In this document: positions 43,099-57,383 of the stretch, piece by piece
How the letters are laid out: each line of letters begins with the position of its first letter
Numbering within the stretch: the stretch's first letter is position 1
Assembly (NCBI GenBank): GCA_963666975.2
Contig: CAXVYR010000004.1
Coordinates: 96,001 to 160,000, forward strand
Source of the DNA: Terriglobia bacterium
GTDB taxonomy: Bacteria; Acidobacteriota; Terriglobia; 2-12-FULL-54-10
Reading direction: 5' to 3'
Length of the DNA: 64,000 nt
Translations under genes and position numbers: made by a program
The notes under the pieces: generated by a model
Database searches by the model: none
The model's input: only the letters and a program-made list of their open reading frames with translations
Told to the model about the DNA's origin: nothing

Positions 43099-43803
43099 AT
43101 GCGTTTCTTGCTAACCACGGTTTTAGCTCTGCTATCGGCAGGGCAACTAAACACGGCCTGGGGCGCCAGCAAACAAGAAGAGCGGCTCGCAAAATCTACA
43201 GAGGTGTTTCAGCAAATCATGGACACTCCGGACAAGGGAATCCCGACTGATTTGCTGGCGCGCGCCGCCTGCATCGGCATTATCCCCAGTGTCAAGAAGT
43301 TTGCCTTCGGCTTCGGAGGGCGTCACGGCGCCGGATTCGTCCTGTGCCGCAAGAACCGGGGCAAGGGCCCTTGGGGACCTCCCTCCGGTTTTTCCATGTC
43401 GGGCGGCAGCTTCGGCCTGCAACTGGGCTTTTCGGCCACCGACTATGTGCTGCTGTTTATGAATTCGGACGGCGTGGACAAACTTCTGTCGGATAAATTC
43501 ACGCTCGGCGCCAACGCCGCGGTGGCGGCCGGACCGGTAGGCCGCACGGCCGAGGCATCGACGGACGCGCAAATGAGCGCCAAGATTCTTGCCTACTCCC
43601 GTAGCAAGGGCCTGTTTGCCGGTTTGGCTCTGGAGGGCGCTGTGCTGAAACCCTCCGGAGGCGACAACAAGTCACTCTACGGCAGGGAAGTTGACCCCAG
43701 GGACTTGTTGCTCACGGGCAATGTGGCCGCTCCACCGAGCGCCGCCCCCTTGATCCAGATACTGTCCAAGTACTCCGGAGGAAAGAGCAAAAAAACGTTA
43801 TAG
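43099..43803 (+). CDS. Lipid-binding SYLF (Ysc84) domain protein
   Basis: Signal peptide; IP..LL.RA, GGSFGLQLG, AVAAGPVGR, YSRSKGLFAG. Confidence 0.92.
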   Translation: MRFLLTTVLALLSAGQLNTAWGASKQEERLAKSTEVFQQIMDTPDKGIPTDLLARAACIGIIPSVKKFAFGFGGRHGAGFVLCRKNRGKGPWGPPSGFSMSGGSFGLQLGFSATDYVLLFMNSDGVDKLLSDKFTLGANAAVAAGPVGRTAEASTDAQMSAKILAYSRSKGLFAGLALEGAVLKPSGGDNKSLYGREVDPRDLLLTGNVAAPPSAAPLIQILSKYSGGKSKKTL

Positions 43804-43921
43804 AGAAAAGCCCTCTGCCAATTCCCTGCTTGGAAATCAAGAGGGAGCCTCCACGTCTGGCGCGACCAGCCGGCACCCTTGTCTGTCCCGCAGATCGTGT
43901 CTGCTGCCGTTGCCTTTGCTG

Positions 43922-44842
43922 ATGCGCCACTGGATAGAATATCGCCACTGGATAGAGTATATCGGCGCTGGGGCCGTTCTGAAGCTTCTGGGCCTGCTGC
44001 CCCGCCCTGCCGCACATCAGCTTGCCACACTGCCAGCCCGCTTGTTCTATTGGGCCACGCCCCGGCTTCGCCAGACTGCTGAAAAAAACCTCGTGATGGC
44101 GTTGCCAGAGTTGAGCGCCTCCGAACGCTCCTCTCTCTGCTGGGGCACATACCGGAGCCTGGGCCGCCTGCTGGCCGAGTTCTCGCAATTCCCGCGCTTG
44201 AACCCCGCGAACGTCCGCCAAGTAGTCGCCTACGAGGGCCTTGAAAACTACCAAGCCGCCCTCGCACAAAAGCGGGGAGTCTTGTTTCTTACCGCTCATC
44301 TGGGAGCATGGGAACTGGGGGCCTTTGCCCACGGCTTGAACGGATACCGGCTCCACATTGTCCACCGCCCGCTGGACAATCCCCTGCTCAACCGCCTGGT
44401 CAACCGCTACCGTACGCTCGGCGGAAACCAGATGATCGAAAAAAAAGATTTCGCCCGCGGCATCCTGACGGCGCTAGCCAAGAACGAAACAGTGGGGATT
44501 TTAGCGGACCAAAACGCGGTCCGGGAGGAAGGAGTCTTCGTAAATTTCTTTGGAATTCCGGCCTGCACAACCGCCGGCATTGCCAAGATTGCGCTGCGCA
44601 GCGGGACCGCCGTGGTGCCGGCTTTCTGCGTCTATGATTCGAAGACCGCGCAGTTCCATATCTGCTTCGACCCGCCCCTGCGGCTTGAAACCTCCGGTAA
44701 CCCGGAAGAAGACATCCGGGCTGCCACCCAGCAGATGGCCGGCGTCATCGAGCGATTCGTGCGGCGGTATCCCGGCCAGTGGCTGTGGATTCACCGAAGA
44801 TGGAAAACCCGGCCCCCCGGAGAATCACCCCTTTACTCTTGA
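43922..44842 (+). CDS. lpxL: Lipid A biosynthesis acyltransferase (LpxL/HtrB family)
   Basis: TAHLGAWE, RPLDNP, ILADQ, FFG, PGQWLWIHRRWK. Confidence 0.85.
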   Translation: MRHWIEYRHWIEYIGAGAVLKLLGLLPRPAAHQLATLPARLFYWATPRLRQTAEKNLVMALPELSASERSSLCWGTYRSLGRLLAEFSQFPRLNPANVRQVVAYEGLENYQAALAQKRGVLFLTAHLGAWELGAFAHGLNGYRLHIVHRPLDNPLLNRLVNRYRTLGGNQMIEKKDFARGILTALAKNETVGILADQNAVREEGVFVNFFGIPACTTAGIAKIALRSGTAVVPAFCVYDSKTAQFHICFDPPLRLETSGNPEEDIRAATQQMAGVIERFVRRYPGQWLWIHRRWKTRPPGESPLYS

Positions 44843-44847
44843 GCCCT

Positions 44848-45681
44848 TTACTCTTGAGGGCTTTCAGAGCGGTCCGCGGCGGACATTGCCCTCCGGAAAT
44901 GTTTCCTCGAAGCCTCCCTGCAAAACCCCCGCTCGGAGCTCCGGACGAACTGGATCAAATGCCGGGCTTCTTCCGTCGGAACTTCGCGTTCAATGCGTTC
45001 CAGCGCCTGTCCCAAGGGCAAACGGGAGCGGTAGAGAATCCGATAGGCTTGTTTCAACCCGCGCACCGCCTCCGGGCCTATCCCGGCCCTCTTCAGCCCC
45101 ACCAAGTTGAGCCCCTTAGCAGTGATGTCAAAATCCGAGGCGAGGATAAAGGGTGGGACGTCCAGATTGACGCGCGTGTTGCCGCTGATCATCGCCAGCC
45201 GTCCGATCTTAGAAAACTGATGAACCAACACGCCGGCGGAGATATAAGCCAGCTCTCCCACCTCCACATATCCCCCCAGAGAACAATAATTGCAAACTAC
45301 AATGTTGCTTTCCAACCGGCAGTTGTGAGCCAAGTGAGTCCCGATCATAATGTAGTTGTCATCGCCGATCACGGTGGCCGATTCTGGAGGCGTCCCTCGG
45401 CTCGCCGAGGAATATTCCCGAAAGACATTGCGGTGGCCAATCCGCAGATACGATCGCTGCCCCGGAAAATTCTTATCTTCCGGGTCGGTTCCCAGCAGGA
45501 CGCCCGCATGCAGATGATTGTTCTCTCCCAGTGTGGTGTAGTTTTTGATGACGACGTGGGAATCCAGGCGCGTTCCCGCGCCGATCTCCACCTCATCCTC
45601 AATGATGCAGAATGGCCCGACAGTGACGTTTTCTGCCAGGCGGGCTTGAGGACTGACAATTGCGGTGCTCGAAATTTCCAT
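44848..45681 (-). CDS. lpxA: UDP-N-acetylglucosamine O-acyltransferase
   Basis: Hexapeptide repeats, RGT, HLAHNC, VHQF, DVPPF, GLNLVGLKR. Confidence 0.9.
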   Translation of the reverse strand: MEISSTAIVSPQARLAENVTVGPFCIIEDEVEIGAGTRLDSHVVIKNYTTLGENNHLHAGVLLGTDPEDKNFPGQRSYLRIGHRNVFREYSSASRGTPPESATVIGDDNYIMIGTHLAHNCRLESNIVVCNYCSLGGYVEVGELAYISAGVLVHQFSKIGRLAMISGNTRVNLDVPPFILASDFDITAKGLNLVGLKRAGIGPEAVRGLKQAYRILYRSRLPLGQALERIEREVPTEEARHLIQFVRSSERGFCREASRKHFRRAMSAADRSESPQE

Positions 45682-45874
45682 AGTTGTTTTGACGGTTCAG
45701 TGTCCCTGGACGCACTCTCTCGCGTTATACTCCGCCAAGACACAGCGCGAAGGCACGGCGGCAGCATCGAGATTCTTTCGGTTCCCGAAACAGACAGGGA
45801 AACCATTGTATGCAAAAACTCGCGTGGCGCCGAACATTTTGATTGCCGAAAGGCATACTCTATGAGGCTCTCAG

Positions 45875-46942
45875 ATGAAAATAGAACATACCGTAAATGA
45901 TTTGGCCCGTTCGGTGGGAGGAGAAGCGGAAGGAACCGCCACCAGAATGATTTCCGGAGTGGCGCCGCTCGAAAGCGCCGGAGAAGGAGACGCATCCTTT
46001 CTGGAGTCGGCGCGGAACCTCAAGCAAGCCATCGCCTCCCGTGCGGGCTGCCTGGTGGCCCCTCCGGGTTTGGACCTTCCGGGAAAAACGGTTATTCGGG
46101 TTCGCAATCCCCGTTATGGGTTTGCGCAGATCATTCAGGTCTTTTCCCCCCCGCCCCCTCGACGGCCGGCAATTCATCCGACGGCCCAGATCGGCGACAA
46201 CGTCACACTGGGGGCAGAGGTAGAGATTGGACCTTGCGCCGTGATCGGCGAGGGAGCCAGAATCGGGGCGCGGTCCTCCATCGGCGCCGGTTGCGTACTG
46301 GGAGAGAACATCGTCTTAGGGGAGGACTGCCTCTTGTATCCGCGCGTCACCCTGTACGCCGGCACGCGCCTCGGCTGCCGCGTGATTCTGCATAGCGGCT
46401 GCGTGGTGGGAAGTGACGGCTTCGGATATGTGATGGAGGCCGGGCAGTACCACAAATTTCCGCAGATCGGCGGCGTGGAGATCGCCGACGACGTGGAGAT
46501 CGGCTCCAACAGCACCGTCGACCGGGGAGCCTTGGAAGACACGCGGATTGGCCGGGGAACGAAGATCGATAATCTGGTCCAGGTGGGCCACACCGTCCAG
46601 ATAGGAGCAAACTGCGTGGTGGCATCGCAGACAGGCATCTCCGGAAGCTCCGTCATCGAGGATTACGTTGTCATCGCCGGGCAGGTGGGTCTCGGCGACC
46701 ATGTGCGGGTGCAGAAAGGCGCAATCCTGGGAGGCCAGTGCGGCATTCTTCCCCACAAAACCGTCCGCGCGGGCCAAACCGTTTGGGGCACCCCGGCACG
46801 GCCCATTCGAGAACAGCTAGAGCAACAGGCGCTGGTGGCGCGCCTGCCACGCCTGTTTCAGCAAATCAACTCGCTCAGGCAACAAGCACAAGTTGAAAGC
46901 AACGGCATAGATGAACCACGCAGCAAGCCATCCAAAAAATAG
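45875..46942 (+). CDS. lpxD: UDP-3-O-acyl-glucosamine N-acyltransferase
   Basis: [40 protein letters not shown]. Confidence 0.95.
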   Translation: MKIEHTVNDLARSVGGEAEGTATRMISGVAPLESAGEGDASFLESARNLKQAIASRAGCLVAPPGLDLPGKTVIRVRNPRYGFAQIIQVFSPPPPRRPAIHPTAQIGDNVTLGAEVEIGPCAVIGEGARIGARSSIGAGCVLGENIVLGEDCLLYPRVTLYAGTRLGCRVILHSGCVVGSDGFGYVMEAGQYHKFPQIGGVEIADDVEIGSNSTVDRGALEDTRIGRGTKIDNLVQVGHTVQIGANCVVASQTGISGSSVIEDYVVIAGQVGLGDHVRVQKGAILGGQCGILPHKTVRAGQTVWGTPARPIREQLEQQALVARLPRLFQQINSLRQQAQVESNGIDEPRSKPSKK

Positions 46943-46984
46943 ACGGCGCTGGACACCCTCCCGCTCAACTATGAAAGCCCCGCG

Positions 46985-46999
46985 TGCTATACTTGCACT
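46985..46999 (+). promoter_or_regulatory. Extended -10 promoter positioned for a leaderless transcript
   Basis: TGcTATACT followed by 6 nt, then ATG 47000; no SD sequence. Confidence 0.5.
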
Positions 47000-47632
47000 A
47001 TGAAGATGGTGGTGGTAGGAGGAAACAGCCGCGAGATCGGTAAAACCTCCGTGGTGGCGGGGCTGATCCGCGCCTTGCGCCATCGTGACTGGACCGCCAT
47101 CAAGCTCACCCAGTTCGGACATGGGATTTGTTCACTGGACAGCGAGCCCTGCGACTGCGCCCCTGGCGAGCACCCCTTTGCGATGCAGGAAGAACGCGAC
47201 CGCAGCGGCAACTCCGACACCTCCCGGTTTCTCGAGGCCGGAGCGTGCCGCGCACTGTGGGTCCGCGTGCGGCAGGGGATGCTTGAAGCGGCCATCCCGG
47301 AGCTTCGGCAGGCGCTAGCCGGTGATGAAAATGCCATCCTGGAGAGCAACAGCATCCTTCAATTTTTCCAGCCTAATCTGTATCTGACGGTGCTGGACCC
47401 GGCCAAAAAAGACTTCAAAGACTCCGCCCGGCACTTTTTGGACCGCGCCGATGCCAGCCTGGTCCTGGAACCCGGCCTGGAACACTCTTTATGGGAAGGC
47501 ATTTCGCTGGAGACGATTCAGACGAAGCCGGTCTTCTCTATCCGAAAAGGCTGCTATGTAACGCCGGAAATTACGGACTTTGTGGAGTCCCGGCTGCTGG
47601 CAAGCGACCACAGCCCTGCCCTTTCCGGCTGA
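47000..47632 (+). CDS. P-loop protein (MobB-like N-terminus) of unknown function
   Basis: VVVGGNSREIGKTS, AIKL, CSLDSEPCDC, DTSRFLEAGA, ILESNS. Confidence 0.7.
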   Translation: MKMVVVGGNSREIGKTSVVAGLIRALRHRDWTAIKLTQFGHGICSLDSEPCDCAPGEHPFAMQEERDRSGNSDTSRFLEAGACRALWVRVRQGMLEAAIPELRQALAGDENAILESNSILQFFQPNLYLTVLDPAKKDFKDSARHFLDRADASLVLEPGLEHSLWEGISLETIQTKPVFSIRKGCYVTPEITDFVESRLLASDHSPALSG

Positions 47633-47668
47633 ACTGCCCCGGCGGCGATATTTTTAGCTTACACACTG

Positions 47669-48043
47669 TTATGGAGTCGGGCGGGTAACGCCTGGATAAC
47701 GCTCCAGAAGCTGCAGCAACTGAGGATCACCCAACCGAGCGGCTTCCTTCGCATGAAACCAGGCCGCCTGGTAATCTTCCCCGATGACGCACATCTGGCC
47801 CAACTCGATGTGACTCTCCGCTGAATGCGGGTCAAGCGACAAAGCTTCCTGGAACTGCTCTTGTGCCTGCGCCGTCCTTCCCTGCAACCGGTAAAGAACT
47901 CCCAGGTTGTGATGGGGCCTGGCGGCAGCCGGGTTCGCCTCAATGGCTTCCTGCTGTTCCCGAATGTGCCGCTCGGTTTCATCGTCCAGCGCAGGCTCGA
48001 TGACTTCCTTGCGGAAAAACCCCTTCTGCCCGGGCTTCTTCAT
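47669..48043 (-). CDS. Tetratricopeptide repeat protein
   Basis: HHNLGVLY...A...F..AL.LDP...H..LG. Confidence 0.8.
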   Translation of the reverse strand: MKKPGQKGFFRKEVIEPALDDETERHIREQQEAIEANPAAARPHHNLGVLYRLQGRTAQAQEQFQEALSLDPHSAESHIELGQMCVIGEDYQAAWFHAKEAARLGDPQLLQLLERYPGVTRPTP

Positions 48044-48095
48044 AAGATTTCCTGATCGCGCACTGGTTCAAATGTCAGGTTGTTCTGAAAAAATT

Positions 48096-48692
48096 TCAGC
48101 GGCGGCTGAGATCGTTGAGGAACGTCTGGCGGGTTTGATGAAAAATTCCGGGATCAGAAGATTCCGGGCTTGTCGCGCTGCCGAGAACGTTCAACACATT
48201 CAGTCCGGTTGAGGATGTGGATGAAGGTTCCTCCGCCGCCGGATCAAAGCGAGCGTGCGCCGACCGGGCTGCTTGCTGCTCCTGGGCAAGACCGTCTAGC
48301 AGGTTCAGCAGTGCCGCACCGTAACATTCCATCAGCACGGGGTCGTAGCGCTCTGCCGCGTCCAGGCGCTCATTCCATCCGGCCAAATCCTGGCAGGCCT
48401 GCTCAGCCCGTGCGCTGCTTTCACCGGATGGCAAACTCCCCGGCAAACCGTCGATACTCTGGCTGAACCGATCGTTCAGCTCCTTCCACCGCTCCAGCAC
48501 AATCAACGCGCCATAGCGCGCCTGATCCAGAGCTATCTCCCAGGCGAAAAGGGCCCCTTTTTGCTTTCCTTCCAAACGCGCCAAAAAATTTCTGGCCTGC
48601 GCGATGTGGTCGGAAAACGAAGCGACGAAAGCCGTCAGGCAACCCATATACTCCGGCTCCGAGAGAGCCTCCCTGGAAAATATTTCCTGCAT
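48096..48692 (-). CDS. Hypothetical protein
   Basis: Open frame between co-oriented genes; start assumed at M 48692. Confidence 0.5.
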   Translation of the reverse strand: MQEIFSREALSEPEYMGCLTAFVASFSDHIAQARNFLARLEGKQKGALFAWEIALDQARYGALIVLERWKELNDRFSQSIDGLPGSLPSGESSARAEQACQDLAGWNERLDAAERYDPVLMECYGAALLNLLDGLAQEQQAARSAHARFDPAAEEPSSTSSTGLNVLNVLGSATSPESSDPGIFHQTRQTFLNDLSRR

Positions 48693-48723
48693 TCGCAAAC
48701 TATTCTGGAAAAGCGATTGGATT

Positions 48724-49017
48724 CTAGGAATTGCTTGTATCGGAGGCTGGGATGAACTCGGCCAGCGCCTTCTCGACATCCTCCGGCCCGAGTTTCTCCC
48801 CTTCATTCAACCGTTCCACAATCTCCTGTATGAGAGCCTTGGCTTGTTCCTTGCGGTAGTTCTTGATGAAGCCGTCGTAAAAGTGCTCACCTTCGATGGC
48901 ACGGCTGATCTCCCATTCCTTGTTGTGATCCTGCAGCTCCGTGAAATAAACGACCTTGAATTTTCCGGAGTACTCCGTCTCGCGATAAATCTCAAACATC
49001 ACCTGATCGGATTCCAT
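48724..49017 (-). CDS. Hypothetical protein
   Basis: GAGGAG RBS; protein-like composition (FEIYRE...VVYFTEL...FYDGFI). Confidence 0.7.
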   Translation of the reverse strand: MESDQVMFEIYRETEYSGKFKVVYFTELQDHNKEWEISRAIEGEHFYDGFIKNYRKEQAKALIQEIVERLNEGEKLGPEDVEKALAEFIPASDTSNS

Positions 49018-49153
49018 TGCCGTTTGACTCCTCAACCCGCCGTATTGCCCGCTGCCCTGCCGGGCGGGATGGCACAGCGCTATTCTCGCCAGCCCTCCGC
49101 TGGATTATAGCAAACGGAAGCCCACTTTGATCCGCCTACGACTTCTACAAAAT

Positions 49154-49188
49154 AAAAAAAGGAGGCAGCAACTGTCAGCCGCCTCCTT
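49154..49188 (-). terminator. Rho-independent terminator
   Basis: Minus strand AAGGAGGCGGC-TGACAGTT-GCTGCCTCCTTTTTTT just after the 49225 stop. Confidence 0.75.
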
Positions 49189-49224
49189 CTACATGGTTCC
49201 TGGTCGATACCCCGCCCTGAGCCG

Positions 49225-52764
<3,540 letters not shown>

Positions 52765-52850
52765 TGTCTCCCTTTTCGGTAATCGTGTTGGGTTCCGAAT
52801 CAGGCCGGCATCCGCCGGCCCGCCTCCGGCAATACGTTCGTTGACCCTGC

Positions 52851-54632
52851 TTAGTTGACCCTTGCAGAAGCCTGCTCCCGGTGCATTTGCTCCGCTACAT
52901 GATGCAAGAAGTGCGCACCCAGTCCCACCACGCCTTTTACGTGCGGAACTTTGTACATGGGCCGCTTCAACTCCGAATGAGCGTCCACATACGCTTTGAT
53001 CTCATCCAGCGAATACCCCGTCTTCTCCAGCGCAGCCTTGTATTCGCTCTTGGCTTTGATCTTGGCTTCGCCCAGCGCCATCTGCACTCTGCTGTGAGCG
53101 TTAATCTCTCCCTCGCCGGAGGTTTCAACCGGCAGGAAGATCATGTCTTTGAATTGGGTAACCACAGCCGATTGGGCGCCATCGGATTGCGTGCTGGGCA
53201 TGCAACCGAACGGCTTCAGGCTGAGCACCATGTGACAGAGGTTTTTGTTGGAGTAATAGATGTTCTTGGCGACCTCAAGGTGCCCTTCCCCGCCGCCTGC
53301 CCTGGAGTTGTAGAAGGGGTGCGCCACGCGTTGCAACTCATACTGGTCCGTCAGGGCGTGCGCAATCCCTCCGAGCGCATCCTTGATGCGGTGGTACTCG
53401 CGCTTGAATATCGCCTCCGCCAGTTTCAGCTTGGCGAGCTTATTGCGATAGTTCCACCCGATGCGGGCATGCTGGTCCAGCCTCCAGAAGGCCGGCGAGG
53501 CAGCGCCTTCCTCCAACCCCTTCTTGTCGCGGATGGACTGAATGGCCTGGTGAATCATATACATAATCCACGTGCCAATCGGTTCGACCATCACATCGGC
53601 GCCTTCCCGCTCCAGGAACCGGAACATATTGAAGTTGCCGTCCCCCTCGGTCGTCTGAGCCCAAAACTCTCCGGTAACCTTGACGACAGGTCTCATGCGA
53701 GTGCGGTCCACCGGAATCTGATCAAACCGATCCCGGACGTGGTGGAGATGTTCAATGTATTCGTCGCCTAAAATCTGGTTGAGAAACTTCCCCACGTAAG
53801 TAGCCGTATCGGCGGTCTTGGGAAACCGCTCCAGATATTTGCCGAGGTTCCCGTTGAGCTTCCAGGGCCGCTTCCGGCGCATGACCTCGTGCATGTAGTC
53901 GGTTACTTCCTCCAGCACCGCATCGGTCTCGCCCGGGTTGATTTCATAGGGCCGGATCAGGTAGGCCACCTCATTGATGAGATCCCCCATGTTCATGCCG
54001 TTCAGCAGACCGAGGAAGAAATCCAGGTTCATATCCAGGCCCGCTTCGCCTTCCGACTGGTCAAGCCCCCCGGACTGCTGGAACAAGACCACCCGAAAAT
54101 CGTCGAAGCCGGAATTGCGCAACGCCAGCCGGTACTCGGCCTCGTACATGCCGAACCGGCAGGGCCCGCAGGCGCCCGCCGTCAGGAAAATATAGTTGCT
54201 CGCAATTTCCTTTTTGGAGAGCCCTTGCTCTTCGAGCTTCTGCAGATATTGAACCAGGTTGCCCACGGTGAAGTAAGTCGGATTGCACTGGCCGTTGTTG
54301 CCGTATTCCTTGCCGAGCTGAAAGGCGGCGACGTCGGGAGTCGGGACGGCCTCGCATTGGTAGCCTAAACCTTCCAGCGCTCCGTGGATCAATTTTTCGT
54401 GCTTCCAAGTCAGCCCGCCGAACAGCAGCGTGGTGTGCGACCGCTGCGACGCGTTAAAAGCATGTTCTACAGGCTTCTTGAAGTGGTTGAACTGCCGTTC
54501 CTGGATGCCTGCTTCTCTCTCCAGCCGCGCCCTCTCTTCCTCCAAGCGTTTCTGGATGGTCTTCTCAACGGAAGTAATCTGGATCAAACTCTGGTTGCCC
54601 GGTTGCAACTGCTGCCCGGAAGTGCTCATCAA
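52851..54632 (-). CDS. 2-hydroxyacyl-CoA dehydratase activator-associated protein
   Basis: GQCNPTYFTVG, GACGPCRFGMY, KPFGCMPS; directly upstream of the activase. Confidence 0.8.
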   Translation of the reverse strand: MMSTSGQQLQPGNQSLIQITSVEKTIQKRLEEERARLEREAGIQERQFNHFKKPVEHAFNASQRSHTTLLFGGLTWKHEKLIHGALEGLGYQCEAVPTPDVAAFQLGKEYGNNGQCNPTYFTVGNLVQYLQKLEEQGLSKKEIASNYIFLTAGACGPCRFGMYEAEYRLALRNSGFDDFRVVLFQQSGGLDQSEGEAGLDMNLDFFLGLLNGMNMGDLINEVAYLIRPYEINPGETDAVLEEVTDYMHEVMRRKRPWKLNGNLGKYLERFPKTADTATYVGKFLNQILGDEYIEHLHHVRDRFDQIPVDRTRMRPVVKVTGEFWAQTTEGDGNFNMFRFLEREGADVMVEPIGTWIMYMIHQAIQSIRDKKGLEEGAASPAFWRLDQHARIGWNYRNKLAKLKLAEAIFKREYHRIKDALGGIAHALTDQYELQRVAHPFYNSRAGGGEGHLEVAKNIYYSNKNLCHMVLSLKPFGCMPSTQSDGAQSAVVTQFKDMIFLPVETSGEGEINAHSRVQMALGEAKIKAKSEYKAALEKTGYSLDEIKAYVDAHSELKRPMYKVPHVKGVVGLGAHFLHHVAEQMHREQASARVN

Positions 54633-54843
54633 TCACCTCTCCATTCAAATTTAATCATTGAAATCTAATCCTGCATCGCAAAAGCAAACTTTCCAGAACC
54701 GAAATCCAACTTGCACTTTTCCATACTTCGCAGTGTCCTTCCATTCCGTTCCCTCAGTCCATCGAATCCCCTAGTGGATCAACTCTAGCTCGCCTAATTC
54801 CAGAGCAAAGTAGCGGGAATCTCAAAGCCCCGCCACAAAGAGA

Positions 54844-54875
54844 GTGACAGTTTCGTCAGTGTCACATCCATGACA
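54844..54875. promoter_or_regulatory. Candidate operator with overlapping TGAC/GTCA inverted repeats
   Basis: GTGACAGTTTCGTCAGTGTCACATCCATGACA upstream of the 54632 gene. Confidence 0.45.
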
Positions 54876-55327
54876 TTCCCGCCGACCCATAGTGGTTTCT
54901 CTTCAAGCAATATGCGCATATTCACCCACCAGCGACGAAGGGTAAATGGCTTTCCATTGAACGGCATATATTGAAAGGCGAACTGCGGTCTGTTCAGTTT
55001 ATTGGCGCAAGCGACTCAGTTTCAAATAGTTACAGAACTTGCGGGGACCTGTTGGAGAGGAAAGCAGCGGCATGGACCAAAAGCAGGATTCATGGGGGGA
55101 AACAGAGTAGCTGCACCCCTCACTCAGCGCCCGGTGGTTACGGCAAGAAATTGACAGGGAAATGCCCCTCATATTCTGGCAGCATTTTCCGATTCGCCCC
55201 GTGTGATATACTCGACACCCGTCAGGGCAGCCAGAACCATCCGGCTCGCGATAGCTTAGAATCTTCATTTTGTCCACGGCAAGTCCGAAAGTGAGTCGCC
55301 GGGGGCAAGGAACAACAACCTATAGCT

Positions 55328-55786
55328 ATGAAGTGTCCATTCTGCAGCCATCCGGAAGACAAAGTAGTCGATTCTCGCGAGAGCAAGGAAGGGCAAGCCA
55401 TCCGGCGTCGTCGCGAGTGCCTTTCCTGCGAACGGCGCTTTACCACCTACGAGCGGCTGGATGAAATCCCCTACATGATCGTCAAAAAGGACGACAGGCG
55501 GGAGAAGTTCGACCGTCAAAAAATCCTGGCCGGCCTGCTGCGGGCTTGCGAAAAACGGCCCGTGAGCATGAACCAACTGGAGGCCATCGTCAATGAAGCC
55601 GAAGGTTTTTTCGCCGAATCCCAGGACCGGGAACGTCCTTCGAGCGAGATCGGCCAGCTACTGATGGACCGGCTCCGGGAACTGGACAAGGTCGCCTACG
55701 TCCGCTTCGCTTCTGTTTACCTGGATTTCAAAGACATCAAAGAATTCATGGACGAACTGAAGGGTCTGCTGCGCCCGGGCCGCTAA
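55328..55786 (+). CDS. nrdR: Transcriptional repressor NrdR
   Basis: [32 protein letters not shown] cone, [12 protein letters not shown]. Confidence 0.98.
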   Translation: MKCPFCSHPEDKVVDSRESKEGQAIRRRRECLSCERRFTTYERLDEIPYMIVKKDDRREKFDRQKILAGLLRACEKRPVSMNQLEAIVNEAEGFFAESQDRERPSSEIGQLLMDRLRELDKVAYVRFASVYLDFKDIKEFMDELKGLLRPGR

Positions 55787-55815
55787 AGCGGTTCTCCAGT
55801 TGGTATCGACCGTGT

Positions 55816-55900
55816 CCGAGCCGCGACCGTGAGGGAGCGGTTCCAAAAATGACTCAATCGACCAGCGTTTGGTGTCCGCTTGCTTACGCGCGCGGCTCGG
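55816..55900. repeat. Free-standing REP doublet (same REP family as the MITE cargo)
   Basis: CCGAGCCGCGACCGTGAGGGAGCGG ... CCGCTTGCTTACGCGCGCGGCTCGG, without TIR shell. Confidence 0.8.
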
Positions 55901-55986
55901 ATTGGCTTGGTGTCCAGTAAACCTTGGTCTACATTATCACGAGAACCGCGCTAGACCCATTTCCGAGTTGGTGTAGAGTGCTTCAC

Positions 55987-56122
55987 AGCCCTGCAAGGGC
56001 GGCAGATCCTAGCCCAGGACGTAAGCGCTGGGACAACGGGGCCGGTATTACCCCGAGCCCTGGAGGGGCGCAAGACGCTTCGGCCCTCTTCTTTCGCCCC
56101 TTCTGGCACCCCTTCCGGGGCT
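55987..56122. repeat. REP-like cluster (AGCCCTG.AGGGCG type)
   Basis: AGCCCTGCAAGGGCG, AGCCCAGGACGTAAGCGCTGGG, AGCCCTGGAGGGGCG and inverted CCCCTTCCGGGGCT. Confidence 0.65.
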
Positions 56123-56415
56123 GATCCGGCGTGGCCTTTTCCACCCACTGAGGGTGCCTCAAATCTCTACACTCTCCCAAGAGACAGTTGATATAATTCT
56201 CCAGCGCGGCCCGAAGCGCAAAGTCAGACTAAAAAGGCTCGCAATGAAACTACGTCTGTCGTTAGTGATTCTGTTGCTGTCAATCTCGACAGCTATGGAA
56301 GCACAAGGGAAGCCCCGCTTCGGGGTCGTAGCAAACGTTGGATACAGCCGCTCCAGGAGATGAGAGAAGGTGTCCCAAACTCAGTTGCAGGTTGGGACGG
56401 CGGGTTGAGTTCATA

Positions 56416-57346
56416 TTACGCCACTTTCTCCTTGTGAGAGGAAGCAGCGTTTGGACTTCGGCCGAGAATCGATGCCAAAGCCCAGAGATCGTGATAACCC
56501 ATGATCTTCCGGAAATTCTTCTCGGTCAGCAGAAACGCTCCTGCCACCCAGCGCAACGTCATCTCGCCGTCGCGCCAGCGGCAAACATTGCCAGTCTTTT
56601 TCCGCACGCCCGACTGCGGGCTCTCGATGAGGTTCGTGGTTGCCAGGCAGCGGTGGAGGCTGGGAGGAACGTCGGCTCGATTGATCGTAAAGGTCTCCTC
56701 CAACCCTTCGCGCAAGCTGGCGGCTGCTGCCGGATGATCGCACTCGATCATCCCAGCGAGCTTTTTTATGCGCACGATGCCTTCCTCGGCTTGGGGCAAT
56801 CGCCAGGCGGCGCGCATCAGCGACCGCACCTGATTCGCCAGCATTTTGTCGCCCTTTGGTAACCGCTCAGCCACGTTGCGCAGCTTATGAGTACGGCAAC
56901 GCTGCACCAGCTGATTGCTGCCGAATACTTCCTCGATCCCCGCGCGGAGCGCTTTGGCGCCGTCGATCACAAACAGATAGCGCTGATCCGTGCGCAAACC
57001 TTGCTGGCGCAGGCGGGTGAGAAGGTCTTTCACCGCAGCGGCGTTTTCGGTCGCGCCCAGTTGAATCCCCAGCACATGCTTGCGGCCCTCGCTGTCCACG
57101 CCCACGGCGCTGATGACGTGGTGGGAGCCGAACCGCATTGCGGAAAAGCGAGAAGACGTCCAGGTAAATCACCAGAATCTCGACCTCCTCCCAGCGCCGC
57201 GCCAACAGTTCTTCCAGCCGCCGCGCTCCTTGCTCGGCCGCTTCCCGGCTCACCTGAGACTTCGACACCCCAGCGCTGTTGGCCATCTCCGGGATCACCT
57301 CGCGGTAGTTCCGCGTCGAAACCCCTTTCAACAGTGCCTCGAGCAA
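56416..57346 (-). pseudogene. IS256-family transposase, 5'-truncated and frameshifted
   Basis: GVSTR, SKSQVSR, IYLD, GRKHVLG...EN, IDGAKAL, QRCRTHKLRN, TTNLIES. Confidence 0.85.
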
Positions 57347-57383
57347 GGAGCTTTTCCGCGGCTTCGTAGGCCGGACCGAACTG

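Noticed and set aside
55140-55327. NrdR box or riboswitch upstream of nrdR
   Set aside because: GTGTGATATACTCGACAC is a poor match to the NrdR box and is better read as a possible extended -10; no riboswitch consensus recognised.
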